Origin: Bacteroidota bacterium | GTDB lineage: Bacteria > Bacteroidota > Bacteroidia > UBA7662 > JAIXUI01 | Direction: 5' to 3' | Assembly: GCA_027484125.1 (NCBI GenBank) | Contig: JAIXUI010000015.1 | Span: 30,337 to 94,336 of the forward strand | DNA: 64,000 nt | Shown here: positions 1-9,352 of the stretch, one piece after another | Layout of the letters: each line of letters opens with the position of its first letter | Numbering within the stretch: position 1 is the first letter of the stretch | Made by a program: the position numbers and the translations under genes | The notes under the pieces: model-generated | Told to the model about the DNA's origin: nothing | The model's input: the letters and a program-made list of their open reading frames with translations, nothing else | The model's database searches: none

Positions 1-11
1 TCGAGGCTCCA

Positions 12-1310
12 TTACTTGCCCTGTCTCCCTGTTTGTCTTTCATGCCAAGCTCTTTCCAAATTTTCTCTATGATCAGGATGAGCTATGTTGATGAGCAATT
101 TAGCTCGCTGGTTGAGGGACTTTCCATATAAATTTACTGAACCATATTCGGTAACTACCCAATGGATATGTCCTCTTGTTGTAACCACGCCAGCTCCTTG
201 CTTAAGTAACGGGCTAATTCTCGAATGACCTTTAGAGCTGAGAGAAGGTAGTGCAATAATTGGTTTTCCTCTCTCTGCAAGTGACGCACCTCGAATGAAG
301 TCCATTTGACCGCCAATGCCTGAAAACTGATAGGTTCCAAGTGAATCAGCACATACTTGACCAGTTAAGTCAATCTCCAAGGCCGAGTTTATGCTAGTCA
401 TTTTCGGATATTGTCTGATTACTGAAGCGTCATTCACATAGCCAATATCTAAGGCGTTGATTGAAGGGTTGTCATCCACAAAATCATATACTTTTCTACT
501 TCCAAGGATAAATCCAGTGACAGTTTTTCCTGCATGCTTTTTCTTGGTACTGTTATCGATTACCCCTGATTCAAGTAGTGGAATCACGCCATCAGAAAAC
601 ATTTCGGTGTGAAGTCCTAAATGCTGGTGACCAGAGAGATGTTTTAGCACTAAATCTGGTATAATGCCGATTCCAAGTTGAAGAATAGCGCCGTTTTCTA
701 CTAATTCAGCCACGTTTCTGCCAATTTGTTCATAAACCTCATTCGATTTGGAAGTGTAAACCACTTCCGGAAGTGCTTGATTGGTCTCACATATGGCAGT
801 AAATCGGTTTATATGAATAAAGCCATCTCCATGTACTCTTGGCATTTGGGGATTTACCTGGGCCAGGAGAATTGGAGCCACTTCAGCAGCAGCCTTTGCA
901 ACATCCACTGAGCATCCTAAAGAGCAATACCCATGATGATCGGGAGGAGAAACATGAAGGAGTGCCGCATCGAGAGGAAGGATTTGCTGTCGAAACATAC
1001 GAGGAATCTCACTCATGAAAACAGGAGTATAATCGCCATAATCTTGATTTACCCAATCTCTAACATTTGCAGAAACAAATAAAGAATTGAGGTAAAGGTG
1101 TCCTTTGAGACTTTCTTTCGTAAAGGGTAATTCACCTAACGTACTAATGCTGACTAATTCCACATGGTTTAATCTTTCATATTGGTTTTGCAATTCATTT
1201 AAAAGAGATAATGGTGTAGCAGCACTGCCATGGACAAAAAGACGCATAGTTGAGCGTATGTGAGAAATTGCTTCTTCCGGAGTGCAAAAGGTGGGATGTT
1301 GTTTTAACAT
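12..1310 (-). CDS. Acetyl-CoA hydrolase/transferase (4-hydroxybutyrate CoA-transferase family)
   Basis: Motifs LQLGIG, HTEMFSDG, SGIGGQMDF and VVTEYG. Start trimmed to the ATG at 1310 (MLKQH); the ORF extends to 1340. Confidence 0.9.
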   Translation of the reverse strand: MLKQHPTFCTPEEAISHIRSTMRLFVHGSAATPLSLLNELQNQYERLNHVELVSISTLGELPFTKESLKGHLYLNSLFVSANVRDWVNQDYGDYTPVFMSEIPRMFRQQILPLDAALLHVSPPDHHGYCSLGCSVDVAKAAAEVAPILLAQVNPQMPRVHGDGFIHINRFTAICETNQALPEVVYTSKSNEVYEQIGRNVAELVENGAILQLGIGIIPDLVLKHLSGHQHLGLHTEMFSDGVIPLLESGVIDNSTKKKHAGKTVTGFILGSRKVYDFVDDNPSINALDIGYVNDASVIRQYPKMTSINSALEIDLTGQVCADSLGTYQFSGIGGQMDFIRGASLAERGKPIIALPSLSSKGHSRISPLLKQGAGVVTTRGHIHWVVTEYGSVNLYGKSLNQRAKLLINIAHPDHRENLERAWHERQTGRQGK

Positions 1311-1419
1311 AGGTTGCAAATAAAAGACAAAAACATCCAAAAAGCAAGCAAGCTTAATGGGCCATCACTGATGTAGAAATTTCAAAATATCGGCTATTTT
1401 TTTTACAAGCTAGTGCATG

Positions 1420-1448
1420 AAAAAAGCCGCTCATCACGAGCGGCTTTT
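1420..1448 (-). terminator. Intrinsic terminator
   Basis: Hairpin AAAAGCCGCTC-atcac-GAGCGGCTTTT with a U-tract on the minus strand, directly after the stop at 1450. Confidence 0.8.
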
Positions 1449-1449
1449 G

Positions 1450-2649
1450 TTAGCATCCATATTTTTGCTGGTATTTCCACCATTTATCTGGAAGTTCTTC
1501 TCTACAAGCAGTTTTATAATCCTCATAGGAACACGGTACCAAGATATTTTTCTCACTACTAGAGCCGGTTTCCGGAGGAAGTGTCACTTCGAGCCACCAT
1601 CGGTTCGACTTATTACTTTTGTAGAAAATCAATTCATAAGTACCCTCTTTAATGCTGGCGATGTATTTCGTAAAAGCATTCGATCTGTTTTTAGGAAAGT
1701 CTCTCATCCTATTCACAAAACCATCAAAGAAGTACCAAATCATTTGAGCGATAGAAGCTGCACCTGTTTGGTTTTCATTGTCAAGTGCGGGGTCATAATT
1801 GAAAATACCTAATAAGCTAAGTTTGTCACTCAATCCGCCAAATCGGGATAGAGCACAGATTTCGTGACCAAAGAAGCCATTAGGCGAGCTATAACGCTGT
1901 CCTGGAAGGTCAGAATGCCGTACGGCAGAAACATCAATAACCATCAAATCAGCTGAACGTATATAGGGTTCACAATCTTCAAGTTGCGCTCTTGCTTCTC
2001 CAACTGTTACCACATCGAAGTAAAGTTGATTCATGAGCTCAAATTGATCTCGTGGATTCAAATAGGCTTGAATACCGATTACAGAAAGATTGAAAAGAGT
2101 AGAAGGCCTTTGAGATAGTATATTGAGTAAGTAGTTGTTGTGGTTGTGGTGATCATTGACTTGTTCGTCAATTACCTCAAGCATTTCAGCGCCAATTTTA
2201 TCCAGATTGAATTTTGAATCCACCACGACCATGTCTATCAAGCTTTCTAATTGATCAAACGACCTGTAAAGTGCAAGTGACAAATCCTGACCGCTTCCAA
2301 AGACAACAGGTAACACTTTTTTCTTGAGCATGTATTCACAAATTTCTCTCAAGGCAAAAAGGGTATCGCTGTAATGCTCACCTGCCGCTAAATAACCCCA
2401 GTCTGTTAACTCAAAATAATCAGGAAAATGGTCATATAACGAGTAAAGTTGTTCCCTGATAAAAGTATCACCATGATGGCAATCGCCACCGGCCCCTCCT
2501 CGGAATTCTCTCACACTTATAAGTGCAATGGAGCCAGGATTGAGAGGTGGAAATTGGCTATCAGTATGTGGAATAATTCGATTACCCAATTGTTCGGCTG
2601 AAAAATTGGGTATGGTTTCTAACGGTTGTAAGTAAAGACCTAGTTCCAA
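1450..2649 (-). CDS. Arginase/formimidoylglutamase-family protein (Bacteroidota type)
   Basis: Ureohydrolase-like motifs GSGQDL, IDVSAV and SPNGF, plus the typical C-terminal extension (FYKS..SNRWW, VPCSYEDY). Confidence 0.75.
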   Translation of the reverse strand: MELGLYLQPLETIPNFSAEQLGNRIIPHTDSQFPPLNPGSIALISVREFRGGAGGDCHHGDTFIREQLYSLYDHFPDYFELTDWGYLAAGEHYSDTLFALREICEYMLKKKVLPVVFGSGQDLSLALYRSFDQLESLIDMVVVDSKFNLDKIGAEMLEVIDEQVNDHHNHNNYLLNILSQRPSTLFNLSVIGIQAYLNPRDQFELMNQLYFDVVTVGEARAQLEDCEPYIRSADLMVIDVSAVRHSDLPGQRYSSPNGFFGHEICALSRFGGLSDKLSLLGIFNYDPALDNENQTGAASIAQMIWYFFDGFVNRMRDFPKNRSNAFTKYIASIKEGTYELIFYKSNKSNRWWLEVTLPPETGSSSEKNILVPCSYEDYKTACREELPDKWWKYQQKYGC

Positions 2650-2656
2650 ACTGGAA

Positions 2657-3157
2657 TTATCTTTTGTTGAAAGTGATTTTCATGCTAACGTTGGTACTAT
2701 TCACTGAATCTACTTGATAAGGAACGACGGTAGCCCAACGCTGAACGGTTGCCTGGTTTGATTCTACATTCCAAACAAATGTTTGTTTAAGAATGGTATC
2801 TGTTACTGAAATCTGGTTTTGGCTATTGATGACGTAGTTTCCTTGGCCTTTAAAAACGATGGTATCAAGATCTACGGCGATTCCTGAAATACTAGGCTTA
2901 AACTTAATATCATAACTACAGCCTTTGGTTGCCTTATCGAAAGATATAGGGCCGCAATTGGTTGCGTCACCAGTTACAGGAACCGGAACCACTTGTCCGT
3001 TAATTGGATATGGTACCGTTGCTGAATACGTTAGGAAGGTTACATCCCAGTTGCCATTGATGGTGTTTTCTAAATCAGGGGCAGTAGGTTGTTCATCTTT
3101 TTTGCATGAACTTAAGAGTAAGGCGGTAATGCCGAGAAGGAACAGTGACTTTTTCAT
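2657..3157 (-). CDS. Hypothetical lipoprotein (lipocalin-like)
   Basis: Signal peptide with lipobox LSSC followed by KKDE, and a GNW motif. Confidence 0.7.
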   Translation of the reverse strand: MKKSLFLLGITALLLSSCKKDEQPTAPDLENTINGNWDVTFLTYSATVPYPINGQVVPVPVTGDATNCGPISFDKATKGCSYDIKFKPSISGIAVDLDTIVFKGQGNYVINSQNQISVTDTILKQTFVWNVESNQATVQRWATVVPYQVDSVNSTNVSMKITFNKR

Positions 3158-3225
3158 GAAATTGATTTTTCCGTTATAAAGATAATCGATGAGGTTGCTA
3201 ATTGGTGTAGTTGGATGTTAAAGGA

Positions 3226-4044
3226 TTACCAACTGCCTGATGCACCACCACCACCGGTTCTACCTCCTCCAAAACCACCGAAACCTCCACCACTAAATCC
3301 ACCACCGCCAAAGCTACCACCACCTCCAAAGAAAATAGGAGGGCGGTAATGATACCTTCCGCCGCTTCCGAAACCTGTGCCACCACCACCCGATCTTCCA
3401 CCGAATTTGAATATGAGGTATAAGATGACTATGATTAAAATGAGAAAAATGTTGGCAGGCAGCCTAAACTCCTTGCGCTTTTTCTCCGCTTTGTATTGCC
3501 CCAGGAGAACTTTTTTGATGCTTTCAACTCCATTGGATATACCAAGGGCGAAATTTCCCGACTTGAAATTGGGCTTAATGTCTCTTTCTATGATTCTCCT
3601 GCAAAGGGCGTCGGTAAGTTTGTCTTCAACCCCATAGCCGGTGGTAATGTTAATCTTTCGGTCATTTTTTGCGATTAGCAACAGAATTCCATTGTCTTTT
3701 CCTTTTTGACCAATTTTCCATTGCTCAAAAAGACGCGTTCCAAAATCCGATATTTCCATACCATCCAGGTCACAAACTACCACAACCGCAATCTGGGAGG
3801 AAGTACTATCGTTATAGGCCACCAAGTCGTTTTCGAGTTGATTGGTTTCAGCACTACTTAATAACTGGCAATAGTCATTGACCAGTTTAGGTGGTGATGG
3901 AGGAGGAGGTATTGCAGCGCTTCCAATTTGGACAAGATTCCAAAAAAGCACTAGCAAGAGGAGTATGTACCTTTTGAGAATTGAAGATACTCTTGACTGA
4001 AGTGGAGATAGATTAACCAATAGAAATCTCATCATCGAGTTCAT
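3226..4044 (-). CDS. TPM-domain (YgcG-like) membrane protein with Gly-rich tail
   Basis: Motifs VNDY, WKIGQKGKDNGILLL and TGYGVE; C-terminus FGGGRTGGGGASGSW. True start is probably somewhat downstream. Confidence 0.88.
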   Translation of the reverse strand: MNSMMRFLLVNLSPLQSRVSSILKRYILLLLVLFWNLVQIGSAAIPPPPSPPKLVNDYCQLLSSAETNQLENDLVAYNDSTSSQIAVVVVCDLDGMEISDFGTRLFEQWKIGQKGKDNGILLLIAKNDRKINITTGYGVEDKLTDALCRRIIERDIKPNFKSGNFALGISNGVESIKKVLLGQYKAEKKRKEFRLPANIFLILIIVILYLIFKFGGRSGGGGTGFGSGGRYHYRPPIFFGGGGSFGGGGFSGGGFGGFGGGRTGGGGASGSW

Positions 4045-4447
4045 TACGGTCGTTATTGAGTCTTGGGAAATGTTCGGTTAAAGCAGTACCGGCACGTCCG
4101 ATACCCAGACAGAGTCCCTCAAGAAATTTAGCTTGAGTGAATTTCTCCTGCATTTCCTTCACGATATTCTCCCAAAAATCTCTAGGAACACGTTGATAAA
4201 GTCCTTCATCGGCATATACGGCAAACTTTTTATCGACAAGTGCCAGGTAAAACAAAATGCCGTTGTGAAGTACAGTTTCATTCATTTTGAGCCTATGAAA
4301 AACAGAAGACGCAGCAACCACTGCGTCTCCTTTACATCGATCTTCTAAATGAACCCGAATTTCGCCAGATGTCAGCATTTCGGCTTTCCTGATGGCATCT
4401 AGCAGCTGTTTCTCGGCATGTTCGTCGAGAAAGTCTTTGGCTTTCAT
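4013..4447 (-). CDS. TPM-domain protein
   Basis: Motifs AEMLTSGEIRVH and NELDDEIS; lies in the lemA operon. Confidence 0.85.
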   Translation of the reverse strand: MKAKDFLDEHAEKQLLDAIRKAEMLTSGEIRVHLEDRCKGDAVVAASSVFHRLKMNETVLHNGILFYLALVDKKFAVYADEGLYQRVPRDFWENIVKEMQEKFTQAKFLEGLCLGIGRAGTALTEHFPRLNNDRNELDDEISIG

Positions 4448-5028
4448 TATAAATCCAAGTTTACTTCAGGCGCTTTTTCAGTACCGGCTTCTGCCTTAAA
4501 GTATGCCATTGCTTCAAAGCCAAAAAGGCCTTTGAACATAACATTTGGAAAGCTTTTGATGCTAGTATTGTAATCCTGCACCATTTCGTTGAAACGTCTT
4601 CTTTCGGTATTAATTCTATTTTCGGTTCCTTCGAGTTGGGATTGTAATTCCAAAAAGTTTTGATTGGCTTTGAGATCCGGATATCGCTCTGAAACCGCTA
4701 GTAGCCGGGCTAATGCGCCGGTAATTGCAGACTGGCTTTCTTGAAATTTCTTTATTGAAGCTTCGTCCAATTTGCTTGGGTCCACCGTGATGGAGGTGGC
4801 TTTAGAGCGTGCTTCCATCACTTTTTCTAAAGTTTCCTGTTCAAATTTGGCGTAACCTTTCACTGTTTTCACCAAGTTGGGAATCAAATCGGCTCTTCGC
4901 TGATAAGCTGCTTCTACATTAGCCCATTGGGCTTGAGCAGCCTCTCTTTTGCCGTTCATGGAATTGTAGCAGCCACTCAGAAAAAAGGGGAGGACTGCAA
5001 GCAGGAAGTATTTAAATATTGATTTCAT
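4447..5028 (-). CDS. lemA: LemA family protein
   Basis: Motifs YQRRADLIPNLV, ERYPDLKANQNFL and LEGTENRI. Confidence 0.93.
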   Translation of the reverse strand: MKSIFKYFLLAVLPFFLSGCYNSMNGKREAAQAQWANVEAAYQRRADLIPNLVKTVKGYAKFEQETLEKVMEARSKATSITVDPSKLDEASIKKFQESQSAITGALARLLAVSERYPDLKANQNFLELQSQLEGTENRINTERRRFNEMVQDYNTSIKSFPNVMFKGLFGFEAMAYFKAEAGTEKAPEVNLDL

Positions 5029-5032
5029 GGTT

Positions 5033-7228
5033 TTAGTTTCCTAGGTCAGCAATGAATTTAATGTGCATGAGTTTGAGGTCTTCGCGGCTGAATTCTTGTT
5101 CAAATTCTTCAACCGCTGCATCAAGATCACCACTTTCACTTCCTCGGAAGTACTCGATAATTTCGTGTTGAATTTCTTTATCAAACACTTCATTGACCTG
5201 GTAGGTGATGTTGATTTTAGTGCCGGAGTTTACTATGGACTCAATGTCATTTAACAAATCTTCATACTCCATATTGAGTGATTTAGCAATATCCCTGAAG
5301 GGGAGTTTTCGGTCTATATTTTTGATGATATAGATCTTGTTTTTGAGCGTTTCTTCGGTGGTTTTGATGACGCTGATGTCCATTGGACGCTCAACTTCAT
5401 TTTCTTCCACATAACGTTCAATCAACTCCAGGAAAGGCTTGCCGTATTTTGCTGCTTTGCCGGGCCCAACCCCGTTTATTTTAGTAAGCTCATCTTGGGT
5501 GATGGGATAAAGAGTGGCCATTTCTTCCAAGGATGGATCCTGAAAGATGATGTAAGGCGGCAGTTTTTTCTCTTTTGCAACTTTCTTTCTTAACTCTTTG
5601 AGCATTTCAAAGAGTTGTGGATCAGCACTTTCACCCTGAGAACCGAGCAGGTCATCTTCCCTCACGGTCTCATAATTATGGTCGAGTGGGAGGGTGATGA
5701 TAAAGGGAGATTTTAGGAATGTTTCTCCCTCTTCTGATAATCGAAGAAGGCCATAATTTTCGATGTCTTTCAACAGGAACCCTTGTAAAAGGGCGAACTT
5801 GATGAGTGACTTCCAAAAACGGTTATCCTGACTTTTTCCAATCCCAAATTCCGGAAGTTTGTCGTGTTGATAGAGCAATAAATCATGGGTTTCTTCGCCC
5901 ATGAGGATGTTCATAATATGTTGAGTATCAAACTTTTTTCCGATAGATTTTACCATCTCCAACAAAGTGCTCATTTCTTTGGTTGCTTGCACCTTTTCTT
6001 GAGGATATCGGCAAGCATCGCACATGTTGGTGCACTGGCTATCGTTGAAAAATTCACCGAAGTAATGGAGGATTTGCTTTCTTCTACAGACTGCTGATTC
6101 TGCGTAAGAAACCACTTCATTTAACAGCAGGTTGCTGATTTCTTTTTCTGCAATGTATTTATCCTTACTGAACTTCTGAAGTTTGATGATGTCATTCTCT
6201 GAATAGAAAGCCAAACAAATTCCTTCCATACCATCTCTACCCGCTCTACCGGTTTCCTGGTAGTAGTTCTCGATAGATTTGGGCATATCATAATGGATAA
6301 CAAATCGAACATCTGGCTTATCAATACCCATTCCGAAGGCAATTGTGGCAACAATCACATCAACTTCTTCCATCAAGAATTGGTCTTGATGTTTAGATCT
6401 CACATGAGCATCGAGACCAGCATGATAAGGAGCTGATTTAATGCCATTGGCCTGCAAAACCAGCGATAGCTCTTCGGCTTTTTTTCTGCTCAGACAATAG
6501 ATAATGCCCGATTTCCCTTGGTTGTCTTTAATGAATTTGATGATGTTCTTAACAGCCTCTACTTTGGGGCGAATCTCGTAATACAGATTTGGCCGATTGA
6601 AGGAAGACTTGAACAAGGTGGCATCACCCATTTGTAGGTTTTTGACAATGTCTAATTGAACCTTAGGCGTTGCAGTTGCTGTAAGCGCGATTACCGGAAT
6701 TTGCCCGATTTCGGCAATCATTTTACGGATATTTCGGTATTCAGGGCGAAAGTCATGTCCCCATTCGGAGATACAGTGAGCTTCGTCAACCGCTACGAAA
6801 GAAACCGGAACAGACTTGAGGAAGTCGATGTAATCTTGCTTTCCAAGAGATTCCGGGGCCATAAACACCATTTTAGTGGTGCCTTTTCGGATGTTGTCCA
6901 TGACTTCCTTCACCTCAGTTTTATTAAGAGAGGAGTTGAGGAATTCAGCAACTCCTTCCGAGCCGGTGTAGGCTCGTATGGAGTCCACCTGATTTTTCAT
7001 CAGCGCAATAAGCGGAGAGATGATTATGGCTGTACCTTCTAGTACTAGAGCTGGTAGTTGATAACACAAACTTTTGCCAGCGCCGGTAGGCATGATGACA
7101 AAGGTGTTTTTGTTTTGGCAGATATTGTTGATAATGTCTTCTTGTTGCCCTTTGAAACCTTCGAATCCGAAGTATTTCTTGAGAGCCTCATGAAGCTTGG
7201 TACTGTTCATCATAGGAGGATGCTGCAC
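5033..7228 (-). CDS. recQ: ATP-dependent DNA helicase RecQ
   Basis: Motifs MPTGAGKSLCYQ, VDEAHCISEWGHDFRPEY and QETGRAGRDG; Zn/RQC and HRDC domains. Confidence 0.96.
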   Translation of the reverse strand: MQHPPMMNSTKLHEALKKYFGFEGFKGQQEDIINNICQNKNTFVIMPTGAGKSLCYQLPALVLEGTAIIISPLIALMKNQVDSIRAYTGSEGVAEFLNSSLNKTEVKEVMDNIRKGTTKMVFMAPESLGKQDYIDFLKSVPVSFVAVDEAHCISEWGHDFRPEYRNIRKMIAEIGQIPVIALTATATPKVQLDIVKNLQMGDATLFKSSFNRPNLYYEIRPKVEAVKNIIKFIKDNQGKSGIIYCLSRKKAEELSLVLQANGIKSAPYHAGLDAHVRSKHQDQFLMEEVDVIVATIAFGMGIDKPDVRFVIHYDMPKSIENYYQETGRAGRDGMEGICLAFYSENDIIKLQKFSKDKYIAEKEISNLLLNEVVSYAESAVCRRKQILHYFGEFFNDSQCTNMCDACRYPQEKVQATKEMSTLLEMVKSIGKKFDTQHIMNILMGEETHDLLLYQHDKLPEFGIGKSQDNRFWKSLIKFALLQGFLLKDIENYGLLRLSEEGETFLKSPFIITLPLDHNYETVREDDLLGSQGESADPQLFEMLKELRKKVAKEKKLPPYIIFQDPSLEEMATLYPITQDELTKINGVGPGKAAKYGKPFLELIERYVEENEVERPMDISVIKTTEETLKNKIYIIKNIDRKLPFRDIAKSLNMEYEDLLNDIESIVNSGTKINITYQVNEVFDKEIQHEIIEYFRGSESGDLDAAVEEFEQEFSREDLKLMHIKFIADLGN

Positions 7229-7277
7229 GTCAGCGGTTTTGTTACTTTTGTTTTCAATCTACGAAATTAAGCCCAAT

Positions 7278-8252
7278 TTGAATAACAGTGCTGAAATTTT
7301 AGCCTTTGCTAGAAAGGCTTTGTACACCGAGGGTCAGGCAATCCTTGATTTAACGCAGTATTTGGACGAGGAGTTTTCCGGTGCTGTTATGTCAATGTTA
7401 AATTCTACTGGCAGAGTGGTTGTCACCGGTATTGGCAAAAGTGCCATCATTGGTCAGAAAATAGTAGCAACCTTCAACTCTACCGGCCAACCGGCTTTGT
7501 TTATGCACGCAGCAGACGCCATTCATGGCGACTTGGGCATGATACAGCCAGGTGATGTGGTCATTGCACTGTCTCAAAGTGGGAACACTCCTGAAATCAA
7601 GGTCCTCATTCCTTTGATTAAAGCCTATGGTTATCCGGTAATTGCTATAACCGGAAATAAGTCATCCTTCTTGGGATTGGAAGCGGATTTTGTTCTAAGC
7701 AGTACGATTTCTGAAGAAGCTTGCCCCTTGAATTTGGCGCCAACTACCAGCAGTACCGCCCAGTTGGCTTTAGGAGATGCATTGGCCATTTGTTTGATTC
7801 ATCTGCGTGGATTTTCAGATGCAGATTTTGCACGCTTTCACCCGGGCGGTGCTCTGGGTAAAAAATTGTATTTGCGTGTGGCTGATATTTCTCGTCATAA
7901 TGCTTCACCAAAGGTGTCGGAAAATGCTGATTTAAAAGCAGTTATTCTTTCTATTTCTGAAGGGTTACTGGGTTGTACGGCGGTGGTGAATGAGCATAAT
8001 AAACTGCTTGGAATTATTACTGATGGAGATATCCGAAGAACCATCAATCAAAATCTTCATCACCTTGTTCATGTTAAAGCGTCTGAAATGATGACTGTAA
8101 ATCCTCTTACGGTGCGTCCTGATACCATGGCCACTGAAGCTTTGGAACTCATGAAATCCAAGGACATTTCTCAGCTGGTTATAGAAGATGAAACAAGCCA
8201 ATTCGCCGGAATTGTACACCTTCATGATTTAATTCGGGAAGGCTTTATTTAG
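7278..8252 (+). CDS. kdsD: Arabinose-5-phosphate isomerase, KdsD/GutQ family (SIS + CBS)
   Basis: Motifs TGIGKS, AIHGDLG, APTTSST and FHPGGALG; CBS pair. Probable TTG start at 7278, which avoids overlap with recQ. Confidence 0.88.
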   Translation: MNNSAEILAFARKALYTEGQAILDLTQYLDEEFSGAVMSMLNSTGRVVVTGIGKSAIIGQKIVATFNSTGQPALFMHAADAIHGDLGMIQPGDVVIALSQSGNTPEIKVLIPLIKAYGYPVIAITGNKSSFLGLEADFVLSSTISEEACPLNLAPTTSSTAQLALGDALAICLIHLRGFSDADFARFHPGGALGKKLYLRVADISRHNASPKVSENADLKAVILSISEGLLGCTAVVNEHNKLLGIITDGDIRRTINQNLHHLVHVKASEMMTVNPLTVRPDTMATEALELMKSKDISQLVIEDETSQFAGIVHLHDLIREGFI

Positions 8253-8272
8253 TTGAGGTATATTTGCCGCTC

Positions 8273-9352
8273 ATGCAGCGAACGTATGTGGTGATTCTTG
8301 CCGGCGGGACAGGTTCCCGTCTTTGGCCTGCTAGCAAAGCTGCTAAGCCTAAGCAATTTCTCGACCTTCTCGGTTTGGGACAGTCTATGTTGCAACTCAC
8401 TTACCAACGTTTTGCCAAGTTTATTCCGGAAAAAAATATTCACATTGTTACCAATCGGCTTTACACCAAAATTGTAAAAGAGCAGCTTCCTTTTTTATCT
8501 GCAGAACAAATTATTACTGAACCAGTAAAGAAAAACACAGGGGCAGCGGTCGCCTACGCGATGTTTAAATTGAAACATCTTGATCCTGGATGTACTGTAA
8601 TTCTTTCGCCTGGTGATAACATGGTGTTCGACTTGGATAACTTTCAGGTGGCCATGGAACAGGCCATTGCTTTTGTAAGGAAGCAAGATGTATTGCTTAC
8701 GTTTGGGAAAAAGCCCCACCAGCCTGATACCACCACCGGTTACATCCAGTATGTAAATTCTGCTGAAGGTGTTGGGCATAAAGTGAAAACCTTTCTCGAT
8801 AAACCAACCGCAGAATTAGCCAACACCTTGTTTCGGTCAGGTGAATTCTTACAATACACCGGCACTTTCGTTTGGAAGCTGGAAGCTATTCTGAAAGCCT
8901 ACCGTGAGGTAATGCCCGATTTGTACGAGGCATTCTCTGAAAATGAATCAGCAATCGGAACTCCCGATGAAAGCAAGGTTATGGAAAAGGTCTTTTCATT
9001 CGTTGAAAATGTCTCTTTTCGAGCCGGTGTTGTATATAAACTGCCAGAAAAGGTGAGGGTGATGCAAGCCAATTACCAATGGACCGACCTGACTTATTGG
9101 GAAGAAGTTTGGAAAGCACATGAGAAAGATTACGTCGGAAACGCTGTTTCAGGTAGAGATGTGCTGATGTACGATTCTTCTAATTGTTTGGTTCAGGTGC
9201 CAAGAGAAAAGTTGGTAATTATCAAGGATTTGGAAGATTATATCGTGGTTGATTCAGGCGATGTTTTATTGATTTGCCCTATTGCTAAGGAGGGTGAAGT
9301 TAAAAGTATCCTCGCCGCCTCCAGAAAAATCAAGATTGAAAAGTACCTATGA
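8273..9352 (+). CDS. Mannose-1-phosphate guanylyltransferase-like sugar nucleotidyltransferase (divergent)
   Basis: N-terminal ILAGGTGSRLWP..PKQF and C-terminal beta-helix are present; several internal motifs are altered (see findings). Confidence 0.8.
   Translation: MQRTYVVILAGGTGSRLWPASKAAKPKQFLDLLGLGQSMLQLTYQRFAKFIPEKNIHIVTNRLYTKIVKEQLPFLSAEQIITEPVKKNTGAAVAYAMFKLKHLDPGCTVILSPGDNMVFDLDNFQVAMEQAIAFVRKQDVLLTFGKKPHQPDTTTGYIQYVNSAEGVGHKVKTFLDKPTAELANTLFRSGEFLQYTGTFVWKLEAILKAYREVMPDLYEAFSENESAIGTPDESKVMEKVFSFVENVSFRAGVVYKLPEKVRVMQANYQWTDLTYWEEVWKAHEKDYVGNAVSGRDVLMYDSSNCLVQVPREKLVIIKDLEDYIVVDSGDVLLICPIAKEGEVKSILAASRKIKIEKYL

Noticed and set aside
3226-3400. CCACCACC-rich repeats
   Set aside because: They encode the normal Gly-rich tail of the TPM protein and are not a DNA repeat element.
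7197-7277. Apparent head-to-head overlap of the kdsD ORF with recQ
   Set aside because: An artefact of longest-ORF calling; the TTG at 7278 removes the overlap.
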